Source: the human T2T-CHM13v2.0 reference genome, Homo sapiens. From it: a DNA stretch of 64,000 bases. The position numbers and the translations under genes are program-made. The stretch spans positions 7,840,001-7,904,000 of the forward strand of contig CP086569.2 of NCBI GenBank assembly GCA_009914755.4, written 5' to 3'. Shown here one piece after another: positions 28,321 through 42,074 of this stretch. The number at the start of each line of letters is the position of its first letter. The stretch's first letter is position 1. The notes under the pieces were generated by a model. It did no database searches. It saw nothing but the letters and a program-made list of their open reading frames with translations, and was not told the origin of the DNA.

Positions 28321-28600
28321 CCATCCATCCTGCTGATTGGTCAGTTTTACAGAGTGCTGAATGGTCTCTTTTACAGAGTGCTATTGGTCCCTTTTACAGA
28401 GTGCTGATTGGTCCATTTTACAGAGTGCTGATTGGTCCATTTTACAGAGTGCTGATTGGTGTATTTACAATCCTTTTAGCTAGACACAGAGTGCTGATTG
28501 GTGCAGTTTTTACAGCGTGCTGATTGGTGCATTTGCAATACTTTAGCTAGACACAGAGCCCTGATTGGAGCATTTACAATCCTTTAGCTAGACATAAAAT
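28321..28600 (-). promoter_or_regulatory. 5' LTR U3 enhancer: about 9 tandem 22-41-bp units, each carrying a CCAAT box (plus strand shows tgctgattgg)
   Basis: Repeated tgctgattggtccattttacagag units alternate with tgctgattggtgcatttacaatcctttagctagacacagag units. ERV9 LTR U3 repeats are known NF-Y/GATA-binding enhancer modules. Confidence 0.7.
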
Positions 28601-28649
28601 TTCTCCAAGTCTCTACCTGGCCCAGAAGCTCAGCTGGCTTCACCTCTTA

Positions 28650-28765
28650 CTAAGTCTTACATTTAAGTCTTTGATCCATCTTGAGTTGATTTTCATAAAT
28701 GGTGTTAGGAAGGGGACCAGTTTCAGTTTTCTGCATATGGCTAGCCAGTTTTCCCAACACTATTT
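28650..28765 (-). mobile_element. Right part of the same L1 fragment (continues L1 collinearly after the HERV9 provirus)
   Basis: ctaagtcttacatttaagtctttgatccatcttgagttgattttcataaatggtgttaggaaggggaccagtttcag...ctagccagttttcccaacac continues the L1 sequence exactly where the left part stops (…ttttaggtcttac in the consensus). Confidence 0.75.
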
Positions 28766-29835
28766 TTGTACTTCTTAAGAGTATATTTAAAATTCTTTGT
28801 CATGATTAAAATTTATTTATTTTAGAAGGAGAAGCAAGGTACTAGCATTTTAGATATAATAAACACCAAGCTCTTTGCTATTTTCACAGCTTTTGTCTTT
28901 CTTCAAAATTTCCACTATTTTAAAATTGATCAAAGTAAACAAATTCTAATAAAAGTTTTAGAACCCAATTCTAAAGTAGTGTTTGCTAAATAAATTCTCC
29001 CACAAAATTATTTGCATCAGCTAAACTTAATTTTATCTAAATTAAAGGCTATACAAACCTTGGAAAAAATATTCAGTACCATGTTAGTCAAGGGAATTAG
29101 TGTCACATTTTCAGGTATCCAACAATTATTACGTTTTTACAAACATAAAAGAAAAAACAACTATGACTCTTATTATATCACTACAGTCTGTGATTTTTCT
29201 TCCTTTTTTCATTTATTTATATTCATCATGGGATTATTTGTATGTCTCTGCATTTCTCTGTATACCTCTGAAAGTTTAATATATAGTTCAGTAATTATAT
29301 ATTCTTTTTACCTTTGAAAATGTGAACAGCATATCATGATATATTTTCTATTAGTTTACCTATCTCAGGATACACATACTTTGAACCTATAAAACTTTTG
29401 TGTTTGATTAAAACCTAGGTAATGTCAAGCAGTATTTATTTACAAAACATGTCTAATTTATATTGGGAATAAGATAAGAGAAAATAATTTCCTTTGGGTT
29501 TGACAATATTATGGCCTTGATGGTTACTCATGGAAGACAGACTTTTATCTTACAAGTGAGTATTTGCTAACTAGAGTTGAAAGCATTATAGTGTTGGCAT
29601 GCTCCCAGATTACCACTTGAGATGCACTGCTGGCTGATCTACAGAGCAGCTTTGATTGCAGTTTTACCAAGCCACATTCCTGCTGTCCTAGATGGAAGGT
29701 TTGTTTTATTTTGCTTGTAGTCAGAGGGGAAGTGATGCTTTATTTTTTACTAGCCTCGGAACTTTAGACCTTAATTTTTCTCCAGGAAAGAGGAGAATTT
29801 TTAAACCTGAAGGTTTCATTTAGCTTTATGAACGT

Positions 29836-29878
29836 GGGAAAAAAATAAAATAAAAATAAAATAAAATAAAAACAATCC
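29836..29878. repeat. (AAAAT)n microsatellite
   Basis: aaaaaaataaaataaaaataaaataaaataaaaac. Confidence 0.8.
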
Positions 29879-32176
29879 TTGCTGATTTCTTGTTCATATT
29901 CCATCTATTAACTGCTGGATTGAAACTCTTTTTTAAATTTCTTGATGACCTCTGAATCAAAGAAACAATGTAAGCAAAGGTCCCACATCTGGAAACTAAG
30001 AAATAATTTGCACAAAAGAAAGTAAGAAAGAGAAAATATGAAGGTTCCGAGGTTACCATGAAATCAGTTCTAAGTTCCTTTGCCAGATAGTCAAGTCCCT
30101 TCTGCAACTGGTTGGGAGTTTCATTCTCCTTTCAGGAATCAGCTCATGTCGCACTTTCTCTCTGATCTTCTGCACCTTTTCCTTACATTACTTTATTTTC
30201 TCTGGCATGAAGAAAATAATGCAGAGGAAAATAAAATATTGAGGACATTTTGCAGTGAAATATTTTAATTGCAGGATAGAATAGAAAACAATGGATGCTA
30301 GGATAACAATTGTGTTTGTAAGCTTATGAATAATTTGAATGAATGTCAGTTCAAGGAGAGTTTAGACTTTAAAGTATCATCAAATGTATGCGTTCATATG
30401 CCGATGTTTGACATAAAAATATATAATATTTTTTACATCAGAGAAGGTAGTTTTCATATATCGTGCATTAACTAATGAATCTCCAAGTTCCAAATATGCA
30501 GTACATGCTCAGCAAACTGGAACTGTATGAGGAATGAGTAACATTAACTGTATTCTTTAGAAAATTGGCATACTAAGTTCATACTAAAACATGAATGCAT
30601 TCAATTTTTTCAAGTAATTAATTTCAAATAATCCCATTTGCCTTAGATGCAAAACTTTGTTCAGTAGTAAAATTATTGGTGATAGCATATTATTTTCCTA
30701 AATAAATGTTTTTGAATGTATAAATAGCTTCTGTCCAAGTTTATCCTTATGTAAATCTTGGTAGTAAAAGCATTCTTATGTGCAATTTTCTTTTTATGAG
30801 GTTCCAAAGAGAGGACATATTAATAGTACACATAAACATTATCTGACTGGATGGCTAAAATATTAAATAATCACTAAAACAAGTATTAAAATGTTATAAA
30901 CAATTATTACTTATCCTTCATTAGTTAGCAACAACATTGATAAGTTAACAGGCAGCATTTTTACTAGGTCAGAGGGTGCTTGAGTACACACCGGGATTTA
31001 TTATGGTAATCAATGCCCAACTACACCTCAAGATGTACACATTTTGTGTACATAAAGATAGAAGGTAACCTACTTAGAGATTATTTGAAATTTCTATTTG
31101 GATCGGCCCATTCATCCATCTAAGAATGTAGGGCAGGGCAGGTTCTCCTGGGATGTTGTGAGAATAGTCTTTTGTGCAGATTGGTTGTTTTTAGAACAAA
31201 GAATCTAAAAATTTCCTTCTTTCCCATCTCTGAGCATCCAGTTGTCCTCTACCAGGAAGCAAGGAACAGGAAAGCACAATTCTGCCTCAGAAAGTATGAA
31301 TATGTGCTCAGCAACAGGACTATTAATTTTAAATAATAAGCTGTTATATGCTTTTTATTATGTTAACAGTTAGATTGCAGGTAACTTGTACATGTTACCT
31401 TTCCAATAGAAATCCATACCCAGAAAGTTTTATCCCTTGCTCGTGATTTTAGAGGTGTTCAGTTGTCAGATCTTTTTCTCATTTCTACTGGCTGTATTCC
31501 TCCACTCTTATAACCATCCTCTCACTTATTTTAGAATCAAAGTGAATTATGTCTTGCCTGTCAAAGTTTATTAATATTAGATCCTACAATTAAAAATATT
31601 GTTATGTATCTTTCTAATTCTTGTGGCATTACTATTATGGGAAAATGTATACCTTTTTCCAAAATAACTAATTTGAAATAATTTTGTAACATAATCCATT
31701 TTACAATAAGAAATTCCACCTCTCCAACACACACACACTTAAATATTCTCCATGGCAAATTTATTATAATTCAAATAAACATGAAATATTAAATTTAACT
31801 TACATGGTTAGTAGGGATTATTTTTTGTTAAATACAAAGTAAGTTGATATGTTAAGAATTTTTTCTCTTTTTGTCACCAAATTACCAAACACATGTGCCA
31901 AAGTATTAATACGCATTATCATACATATGAGATTCCATATGACAAATTTTGACATTAATTCATTTTTTGATCCAAAAATTTCTCTTAATAATGATACACA
32001 TTGGAACTGTATGTGTTCTGCACCTTTTTAAGTCTTCAACAATGAACTTAAAAATTAAAATTTTATATTTAATATTATTGCTGATATAGCGATACTATAA
32101 ATTTTTATAACTAGATGTCCTGTTCTTTAAATGATGATGTGTGATACATAGGGAAGAGGATATCCTGGAGCTTTTA

Positions 32177-32510
32177 TATTTTATTTTATTTTATTTTATC
32201 TCTTTATTTTATTTTATTTTATATATATTTTTGAGACAGAGTCTCACTGGGTAACTCAGGCAGGAGTGCAATATCACGATCCTGGCTCACTGCAGTCTCC
32301 AACTTTAGGTTCAAGTGATTCTTCTCTGTCAGCCTCCTGAGTAGTTGGACCAAAGGCATTCACCACCATGCACGGCTAATTTTTGTATTTGTAGTACAGA
32401 TGTCATTTCGTCATATTACCCAGGCTGGTCTTGAAGTCCTGACCTCAAGTGATCCACCCAACTCAGCCTCACAAAGTGCTGGGATACAGACGTGAGCCAT
32501 CGCACCTGGC
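32177..32510 (-). mobile_element. Alu SINE (older AluJ/S-like) with a (TTTTA)n tail
   Basis: (ttta)n-rich tail at 32177-32230, then gagacagagtctcactgggtaactcaggcaggagtgcaat ... gtgctgggatacagacgtgagccatcgcacctggc. Confidence 0.85.
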
Positions 32511-33138
32511 ATTTTGCTAATCTTGTTTCGATCTTATGCATAGTTGCTTGCAGAGAAAAAGCCAGGTATTCGTCAATATATCATAGATAAACCCAACTAA
32601 ATTTTCGAGAGGAATATATTCCAAAAGTTACCATGGAAAATTATTAACAAAGGTGTCATTCAAGAGGATTGCAGAAACTGAACTATACTCAGTGGGATTA
32701 GTATCATAATGTAGTACAAAGACACTGAATAAGTTTGTATGATTATTGTTTTGTAGTGGTTGCAGGTCAGCTTTCACTGCTTAAACCACGTACAGCACCC
32801 TACTCAAACTTGCATGCCAGTGAGGCAGTCAGGATTTGGAGGAAGGCCCAGCAAGAACAATCAGGGAACAAGGACAGAATCCTGGATTTGCCTATGGTGC
32901 TTTATGATCTTCCACAAGTAGGCAAACTGATCAGTGCAGAGAGCATATCTTCTGTCACAGAGTAGATACTTCAACCAAAATTATTACCTTAAATATATCT
33001 GTCCTTACTCTAAATAGTTAAATCCTCTGTATTCAAGATTTAAAGTTGAATCCAAAGACTCTTTAATATTACAAAGAAACATGAAGTTACCTTAAGTTAA
33101 AATTGTTCAGAGGATATTGAAATAACTACTGTCTAGAA

Positions 33139-33781
<643 letters not shown>

Positions 33782-36490
33782 CCAAAATTCTTCTTAATGT
33801 TGACATAAATAGTGTTATCCCAGGAGTCTATTTTAATGTGTGCTTCAGTAATGATCTCTCCATTAGAAGCCTCTAGGAAAGAATCATTGAGTTTCAATCA
33901 CACAAATATTTATGAGAGAGACTTACATTTGATTTGAAAAGTGTGCCCTTGTACAGTTTTCATTCGAGGTAATGAATATCTGACAGTAGAAAACAAATTT
34001 TATAATTCTTAAATACCTGACTAGTAGTAGTATTTTTATATATAAGGTATTTATTTTCATTGATCATGGATTATTCCTGCACCTACCTTAATTATAATTA
34101 CCAATCCAGCAAAGTTAAAATCACACTGTACCTAAAAATAGAAACAGTATTCTACTGAAGGTGATCATGCTATCATGCTGATGATGGGTTGCCATCTTTT
34201 CCTCTGAAACAGCAAAGAGGTTCTGCATGTTATTCTGCCTTCAACATATGCACTTGCTAGTTTCTGTTACCATTGTTAAAAATAGATTCATTTGACAATC
34301 TTTTTTTAAAAGACTTTCCATCCTAGAAAGCTTATTAGTTTTACTTTACACAACCTGATTCAGCACATACTGCTACTAAATAGATGATTTTTCACGAAAT
34401 AATGCAATCAGTAATTTGTAGGAAGAACAGAAACCTAGGCCCCAGAAATCCCAAAGTAGAAATCCTCCTAGGAGTTGTAGTAATTTGGAGCTCTGTCATA
34501 GTTTATTAGTGATGAAGAGATCCATACAACTTCATGGGAGGTAGTGCATCGGTGACATTGCATCTAGCAAGAATAAGAGATACTCAAGATACATGCTATT
34601 TCATATTCATACCCATGAATCAGTGACACAACTCTTCAAAATGTTGTGGATCAGCTACCCACAAGACAGGGAGAATAAGATATGACTGTACACTGTGTTC
34701 CAGACATTATGGATTTAATGCTTAAACACATCCAAATGAATACAGTTGGAATAATGGCTACACACTTCTGGGTAAAATAAAATGCATTGTAAACCTTAAC
34801 TTTTTAGTTAAAATGTAAGTATAGTATTAACCATTATTGTTCATGCTATCTTTTAACCTCATTGCAATGAAGAGAATAGTGGATGATACACAGATCACCA
34901 CTCTCCTGCCTTTTGAGTAAAACTAAAAAGGATGATTTATTTCACATTCTTAGAGAAGCAAATTAATTTTAACAACTTTTCTAGGTTTCTCATTGCCAAC
35001 TGATCACTTCTTATAAAGAAATAAAAGACAGCTTTGCTGAATTCAAAAATGATATATCAATTGGTCTCAATATTTGTCTTCTGTTTTAACTAAGGCCTTA
35101 TTCAAGGATAGTCAAGATATGCATTGCCTGTTTTTGTTTTAAGTAGGCACTATGGAGCTAGAAAAAGGTGTCTTTCTGCTCATTTAAAGGTAACAGAGGC
35201 TATCCTGGCCTTACAGAAGATCCAGGGGGCAGATTGGCCAGGAAAGCAGGGCTATGGTGTCGAGCCATTAAAGTGTTCCCCTAGGAGTGCATTAATAACA
35301 GCCAAGGCATTAGAAGGTTTCCTTCTAGAGTCATTGGCTTTGATTTTTTAAGCCATTTTTCCCCTCTTGTTATATAGAGAGACACAAATCTAGGGAAGCA
35401 ATAATTCTACTCTAGTTATTGTAGGCAGTGGTGTAAAGTCACCAGTCTTGAAAGCCGCTTGTAAATGCAGGACCCATCCCATTAAAGAGTGTTCCACTTG
35501 GGAAATATGCTGTATTATCAAAATGAGGAATTCTGTGAACTGAAACTACAGTTTAAACTCAGTGTACCAGTTCTTCCAAAGTTCAGTTATAGATTGAAGT
35601 GATGATGGTTTGTTTTATTCCAATTCATTAAAGGTCCAGTTATTCTACTACCCCCAAAAATGTATTCTAAAAACTGAAATAAAGTGATGGTACTCTTTTG
35701 GAAAAGTCCATCCCCACATCTCTGCCCATCCCCACACCAAGATTTATTTTGACAAAAATAGTTTTAATGATATGTCACTGATGGCAATCAATGTATTGAG
35801 CTGTAATGTTGTAAAGATTTATGAAGTTCCATTTAGATCCATCACTACAGTTAGAAAAGTAGTTTCATCTACATTGTTGAGAAAGAAAGTTCTTTCTAGA
35901 AAGGGGAGGTGGCTGGCAAGGTCCAGTTGAAAACATTCAGAAGACAAGAGGTGAATTAGCAAAGTGGAAAGAGATGTTGAATTAAATGTATGCAAATTTT
36001 TGATGACAAACTGCATGTAAATCATAGGTTATATATAATCCTAAAGACAGAACATTGATGGCCCTACATCAACCTTAGTGCCAGAGTAAAACAAAAGGAG
36101 ATGCGCACCACTGGGGTCTTCCCTAAAATACAAAATTCAAAAAAAAAAAAAAAAATACGTGAACATAGAAATAATAAACTGAGACTGAGAGTGAATATGG
36201 GACTGACAGTCAATATGACTATCTGGAAGTCACTGAAGAAATAAAGCTATAAAGAAAAAAAATGAACCATATTTAAAAAGCTGCAGGAACATGATCAGGT
36301 CATGCCATACAGTGCAAGTTGGGTGTACTGGTTCAGTTGAAGCCAGAACCTACAAATAATATATAGATAGCAGAGATCTACTTCCATTTACACTTCCTGC
36401 GTAACACAAATTTTGGCTTTCTCATTTAATGAAATAATACAGTAGCAGAGTTCATGCTGATGACAAGCTTTATCTTTAGCTTTTTGTGTC

Positions 36491-36575
36491 CCCTTCTTCC
36501 CTCCTTCCCTCCCTCCTTTCTTTCCTTCTTTCCTTCCTTCCTTCCCTTCTTCCTTCCTTCCTTCTTTCCTCGTTT
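36491..36575. repeat. (TTCC)n / (CCTT)n microsatellite
   Basis: ccttccctccctcctttctttccttctttccttccttccttcccttcttccttccttcc. Confidence 0.85.
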
Positions 36576-38605
36576 TAAATTAGAAGTCCAATTGAACCAT
36601 GCCTTTTGCTTGTTTTGACCTAACAATCAGGCTTTAAAATGTTACTGATTCAACCGTAATGTCAGGTGGCCAAGGAAGAGCAGTGAATAACTCAATCTGA
36701 TTTAGTACGTCTTTGATTAGAAACTTAAGGCCATGAAATAGTATCATCTCCAGCACCCTGAGTAGAAGTAGTTCCACCACAGAAATAGGTGGTAGTTAAT
36801 TTATTTAACCACTCAGTTTTGAAGTCTTCAATAACTTAGTTGAAATAAAGATGGTGAAGTCTCCCAATAAAATGAGCTAAGACTTCAAGAACAGGCAAGG
36901 CATTGGCAATTTTGAATCGGTAAAGCTGACGTTTTGTTACTAATTTTCTCTGAGAAAATGACATGGAGCAAGATTTGAGACCATCAAAAAACAAGGAAAC
37001 AAAGGTCACTTTATTGAATTTAAATGAAGTTAGATGACTTTAAATTGATTTAAACATATTTTAAAATCTATGTCTGATTTCACAAAATTAAATTGAATGT
37101 TTTATAATAAAATAAGCTTGTTTTGAGTTTTAAAGTCACACAACCATACCCACATATTATTTTTGTTAATTAATGGAAAAGAACACAAGTTCTACCTATT
37201 GACATAGTGGCAAAATAATAAAAAGGAACACACAACTCAAATTTTTCTACACACACACAGGCATTCTAAGTGACATAGAGGGTTAATTCTATGTAGATTG
37301 CATAAAATATTTCAGTTTTGTGTCTTGTACTTGTCCTTAAAAATAAAGAATAAATACAGGCAGAATAAAAACTAACCAAAATGAAATACACATTTTTTTT
37401 AACAGAAGTCTGAACGACGTCATTGGGAAATCCACGAGGGCTAAACTTAAATGAATATACATAAGATGCTAAGAGATATGTCTTAAAGCAGTATTTGCAA
37501 AGTAAGCACACTTTTCACTTACTTTACATATGATACATTGGGCCAGAAGTGCAAGGAGAGCCACTGCTTGTCCCTACAGTCATCCTGAGTCATAGGCTAT
37601 GACAGTGATAGTGAAAATTAGATAATAGGTGTGATATAGAACATTCAGATTGAGTGCAAGATAATACACATTTGCAGACATCAGGCAGAATGCAAATGTT
37701 CCACATTTGCAGCTACTATTGTTTTTCTGAAAAACAAAGTTTATAAATGCTGGGAAAAGTAAGCTATACCATTATAGATCTAAGACATCTGGAGAAGGAA
37801 ACTCATTATACACCACAAGTCTTGACAGCTGGAACTTCATTGATAGCTCATGCAAGCATTCCCCTATGGTGACTACGTTTACCAATACTGTACTGTATAG
37901 TTAAAAAACTTGCTCAGAGAGTAAAGCTTTATTGTTGTCACCCAAAACAAACAAAAAATACCCTAAACAGATACCAAACACAATTAAATTATCTTAAAGG
38001 ATACTAGAAATAAATGACAAGTTCTGTGTACACGAATGGCATTTACATGAGCAAGAAGTTTCTAAAAAGCAACAATTAAACATAAAGTAGCAGGATTTTT
38101 TCAAGCCATGATCTAAAATAATATATTTTAAAAAACTATCGTTAAAGTTTGAGTGTGAAATAAAGATACTTTATGATATACAAAACTTGAAAGGACGTAG
38201 TACAGAGAGTTTGCTTGCTGAAGTAATTTGTTAAGGTTAAGTTTGAGGAAAGAGGAAATTTCACACAAAAAGAAAAATTTAAGAACTAAAGTGAGTAAAC
38301 AAATTAATAAAGAAGAACATATTCCTAAGCTAGCAATAACAATGTAAACAATAACACTAACAATGAGTAATTAAGCATATGGTTAAGGTGCACCTAAAAT
38401 TCTAAACAATATGATTCGAATTTAATTACAATTTAATTGATAGAGTTTATGAGAACAAACAAAATTATAAGCCATATAAAAATGAATGTAGTAAAAACTG
38501 AAAATGTTCAAGTAAAAGTTTTAAATTTTATTGAAGGGCAAAATAAATGAAAGCCAAAATACACATAAAAACGTGTGCTGGGCAATTGTTAAAAAATCTT
38601 CACAT

Positions 38606-40312
38606 GATGAAGGACCTCTTCAAGGAGAACTACAAACCACTGCTCAATGAAATAAAAGAGGATGCAAACAAATGGAAGAACATACCATGCTCATGGATAG
38701 GAAGAATCAATATCATGAAAATGGCCACACTGCCCAAGGTAATTTATATATTCAATGCCATCCCCATCAAGCTACCAATGACTTTCTTCACAGAATTGCA
38801 AAAAACTATTTTAAAGTTCATGTGGAACAAAAAAAAAGCCCAAATTGTCAAGACAACCCAAAGCCAAAATAACAAAGCTGGAGGCATCACGCTACCTGAC
38901 TTCAAACTATGCTACAAGGCTACAGTAACCAAAACAGCATGGTACTGGTACCAAAACAGAGATACAGACCAATGGAACAGAACAGAGCCCTTGAAAATAA
39001 TACCACACATATACAACCATATGAACTTTGACAAACCTGACAAAAACAAGAAATGGGGAAAGGATTCCCTATTTAATAAATGATGTGGGGAAAACTGGCT
39101 AGCCATATGTAGAAAGCTGAAACTGGATCCTTTCCTTATACCTTACATAGAAATTATTTCAAGATGGATTAAAGACTTAAATGTTAGACCTAAAACCATA
39201 AAAACTCTAGAAAAAAACCTAGGCAATACCATTCAGGACATAGGCATGGGCAAGGACTTCATATCTAAAACAACAAAAGCAATGGCAACAAAAGCCAAAA
39301 TTGACAAATGGGATCTAATTAAACTAAAGGGCTTCTGCACAGCAAAAGAAACTACCACCAGAGTGAGCAGGCAACCTACAGAGTGGGAGAAAACTTTTAC
39401 AATCTACCCATCTGACAAATGGCTAATATCCAGAATATACAAAGATCTCAAACAAATTTACAAGAAAAAAGCAAACAACTCCATCAAAAAGTCAGCAAAG
39501 GATATGAACAGACACTTCTCAAAAGAAGACATTTATGCAGCCAAAAAACACATGAAAAAATGCTCACTATCACTGGCCATCAGAGAAATGCAAATCAAAA
39601 CCACAATGAGATACCGTCTCACACCAGTTAGAATGGTGATCATTAAAAAGTCAGGAAACAACAGGTGCTGGAGAGGATGTGGAGAAACAGGAACACCTTC
39701 ACACTGTTGGTGGTACTGTAAACTAGTTCAACCATTCTGGAAGACAGTGTGGCGATTCCTCAAGGATCTAGATCTGGAAATACCATTTGATCCAGCCATA
39801 CCATTACTGGGTATATACCCAAAGGATTATAAATCATGATGCTGTAAAGATACATGCACACGTATGTTCATTGCAGCACTATTCACAATAGCAAAGACTT
39901 GGAACCAACCCAAATGTCCATCAATGATAGACTGGATTAAGAAAATGTGGCACATAAACACCATGGAATACTATGCAGCCATAAAAAATGATGAGTTCAT
40001 GTCATTTGTAGGGACATGGATGAAGCTGGAAACTGTCATTCTGAGCAAACTATCGTAAGGACAAAAAACCAGACACCGCATGTTCTCACTCATAGGTGGG
40101 AATTGAACAATGAGAACACTTGTACACAGAGTAGGGAACATCACACGCTGGAGCCTGTCATGGGTTGGGGGGAGTGGGGAGGGATAGCATTAGGTGATAT
40201 ACCCAATGTAAATGACGAGTTAATGGGTGCAGCACACCAACATGGCACATGTATACGTATGTAACAAACTTGCACATTGTGCACATGTACCCTAGAACTT
40301 AAAGTATAATTT
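38606..40312 (+). mobile_element. L1 (L1PA-like) 5'-truncated 3' fragment (ORF2 C-terminus plus 3'UTR) with a ~14-bp TSD
   Basis: It starts in gatgaaggacctcttcaaggagaactacaaaccactgctcaatgaaataaaagag and ends ...gtaccctagaacttaaagtataattt. The TSD aaaaaatcttcacat sits at 38591-38605 and 40313-40327. Confidence 0.9.
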
Positions 40313-40512
40313 AAAAAATCTTCACATAAGATGTCTCTTTCTATATTAAAATATAAATTCAGGAAATGATAATTACAGCAAGATGCTTCATGCTCATTGA
40401 CAAGCTGATTCTAAATATGGAATTGAAACGGGATGGGACTCATACAGGCAAATTTTGTAGTAAGTGCAGGAGAACAATGGTATGGAAGAGGAAGATGGAA
40501 AAAGAGGACTCT

Positions 40513-40806
<294 letters not shown>

Positions 40807-41193
40807 TGAGGACTCTGTTTAATAGTGAACACTTCTATACAGCTATTTCTAAATATTATGGTATGGAAAAATCTATTGCAAATTGAAGTAACCTGGAAGT
40901 AAATACTCTGTTATGACAGAAGTTACAGTCTAAGCAATGCTGAAGTAATGCACTATTCAATAATATCCTAAGAAATAAATTGAAGGCAAATGGACTAGAC
41001 TCATTTATTAATGACATATAAAAATAAATCTTTATGTCACAGTATACACAAGAGTAAATGGATGATGATTTTAAAAATACATGTCAAAACCGAAGCTGCC
41101 AAATTGCTAGGAGAAAATATTAGAGAATAATTTATAGTTTCAGAAAAATACTGTTAATACAGTTTAAAAGGCTTTAATAAAAAATAAAAATTT

Positions 41194-41525
<332 letters not shown>

Positions 41526-42074
41526 AATTAAAATTTTAAAAAGTAGACATACTAAAATAAAAATCTTTTTGACTTAAGACATCATGAAAAATTAAGTTAA
41601 TCATATGACCAACTGGAGACAGCTATAGCACAAAACATTAGTATGAAATAAAATAACACGTGTAAATCTATCAGATAAAGGGCAACATATAGAACAAATA
41701 AGCATCTAAGCAGGCACTTCACAGGAGAAAAAAAGCTGAATATTCAACAAATTCATGAAAAGAAAATTAAGATCACAATAAAAGGCCATGTTTTATCCAT
41801 GATACTGACTAAAATTGAGAAGTCAAACATCATCATGTGTTGAAAAGGGTGTGGAGAAGCAGGAACCTTAGTATTTAATACACTGTTCCTGTGAATTAAT
41901 GTGGTAACTTCAGAGCGTTCTGTACCCATGCTTGGTAAATTTGGAGACAGGCACACAAAATTACCAGGAACTTTTATTTCTTGATATACACTATAAAAAA
42001 GCCGGTTTATATGTTTGTTAAAAATAGACACAGGACAAAATGTTTTGGGGTTAAGAAGAAATTGTGGAAAAATA

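Larger units (their letters stand above)
20770..28649 (-). mobile_element. ERV9/HERV9 (class I, gamma-like) provirus, minus orientation, about 7.9 kb: LTR12-type LTRs, PBS, gag, pro, pol, truncated env
   Basis: Two same-orientation LTR12-like LTRs flank an internal region. Its minus-strand translations match HERV-W/HERV9 proteins: protease (LLDTGLAFLVLISCPGQ ... TPLLGRDILAKA), RT (WFTVLHLKDAFFCI, QGFRDSPHLFAQALVQDL...QYVDDLLLA), RNase H (SAQLAELVVLTQALEL...AVQKPKEVAVLHCQSHQKGKERE) and env TM (GEECCFY, GPMAAILPLLAFRPCIFNLLVKFVSSRIEAIKLQM). L1 sequence flanks both LTRs with a short imperfect TSD (agtcctag / ctaagtcttac). Confidence 0.85.
27851..28649 (-). mobile_element. HERV9 5' LTR (LTR12 family), about 0.8 kb
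   Basis: The plus strand starts tgtgtccagaatttattccttctgg and ends ...ctcagctggcttcacctctta. Its architecture matches the 3' LTR at about 85% identity by eye. Confidence 0.8.

Noticed and set aside
21241-28600. Regular short direct repeats (tgctgattggtccattttacagag ...) that could superficially resemble a CRISPR-like array
   Set aside because: The units are contiguous with no unique spacers and lie inside the U3 region of both LTR12 LTRs. This is the known ERV9 CCAAT-box enhancer array in a eukaryotic genome.
36143-36158. A16 tract suggesting the poly-A tail of a retroposed element
   Set aside because: The upstream sequence has no recognisable SINE, L1 or processed-gene body, so I kept it as a simple homopolymer only.
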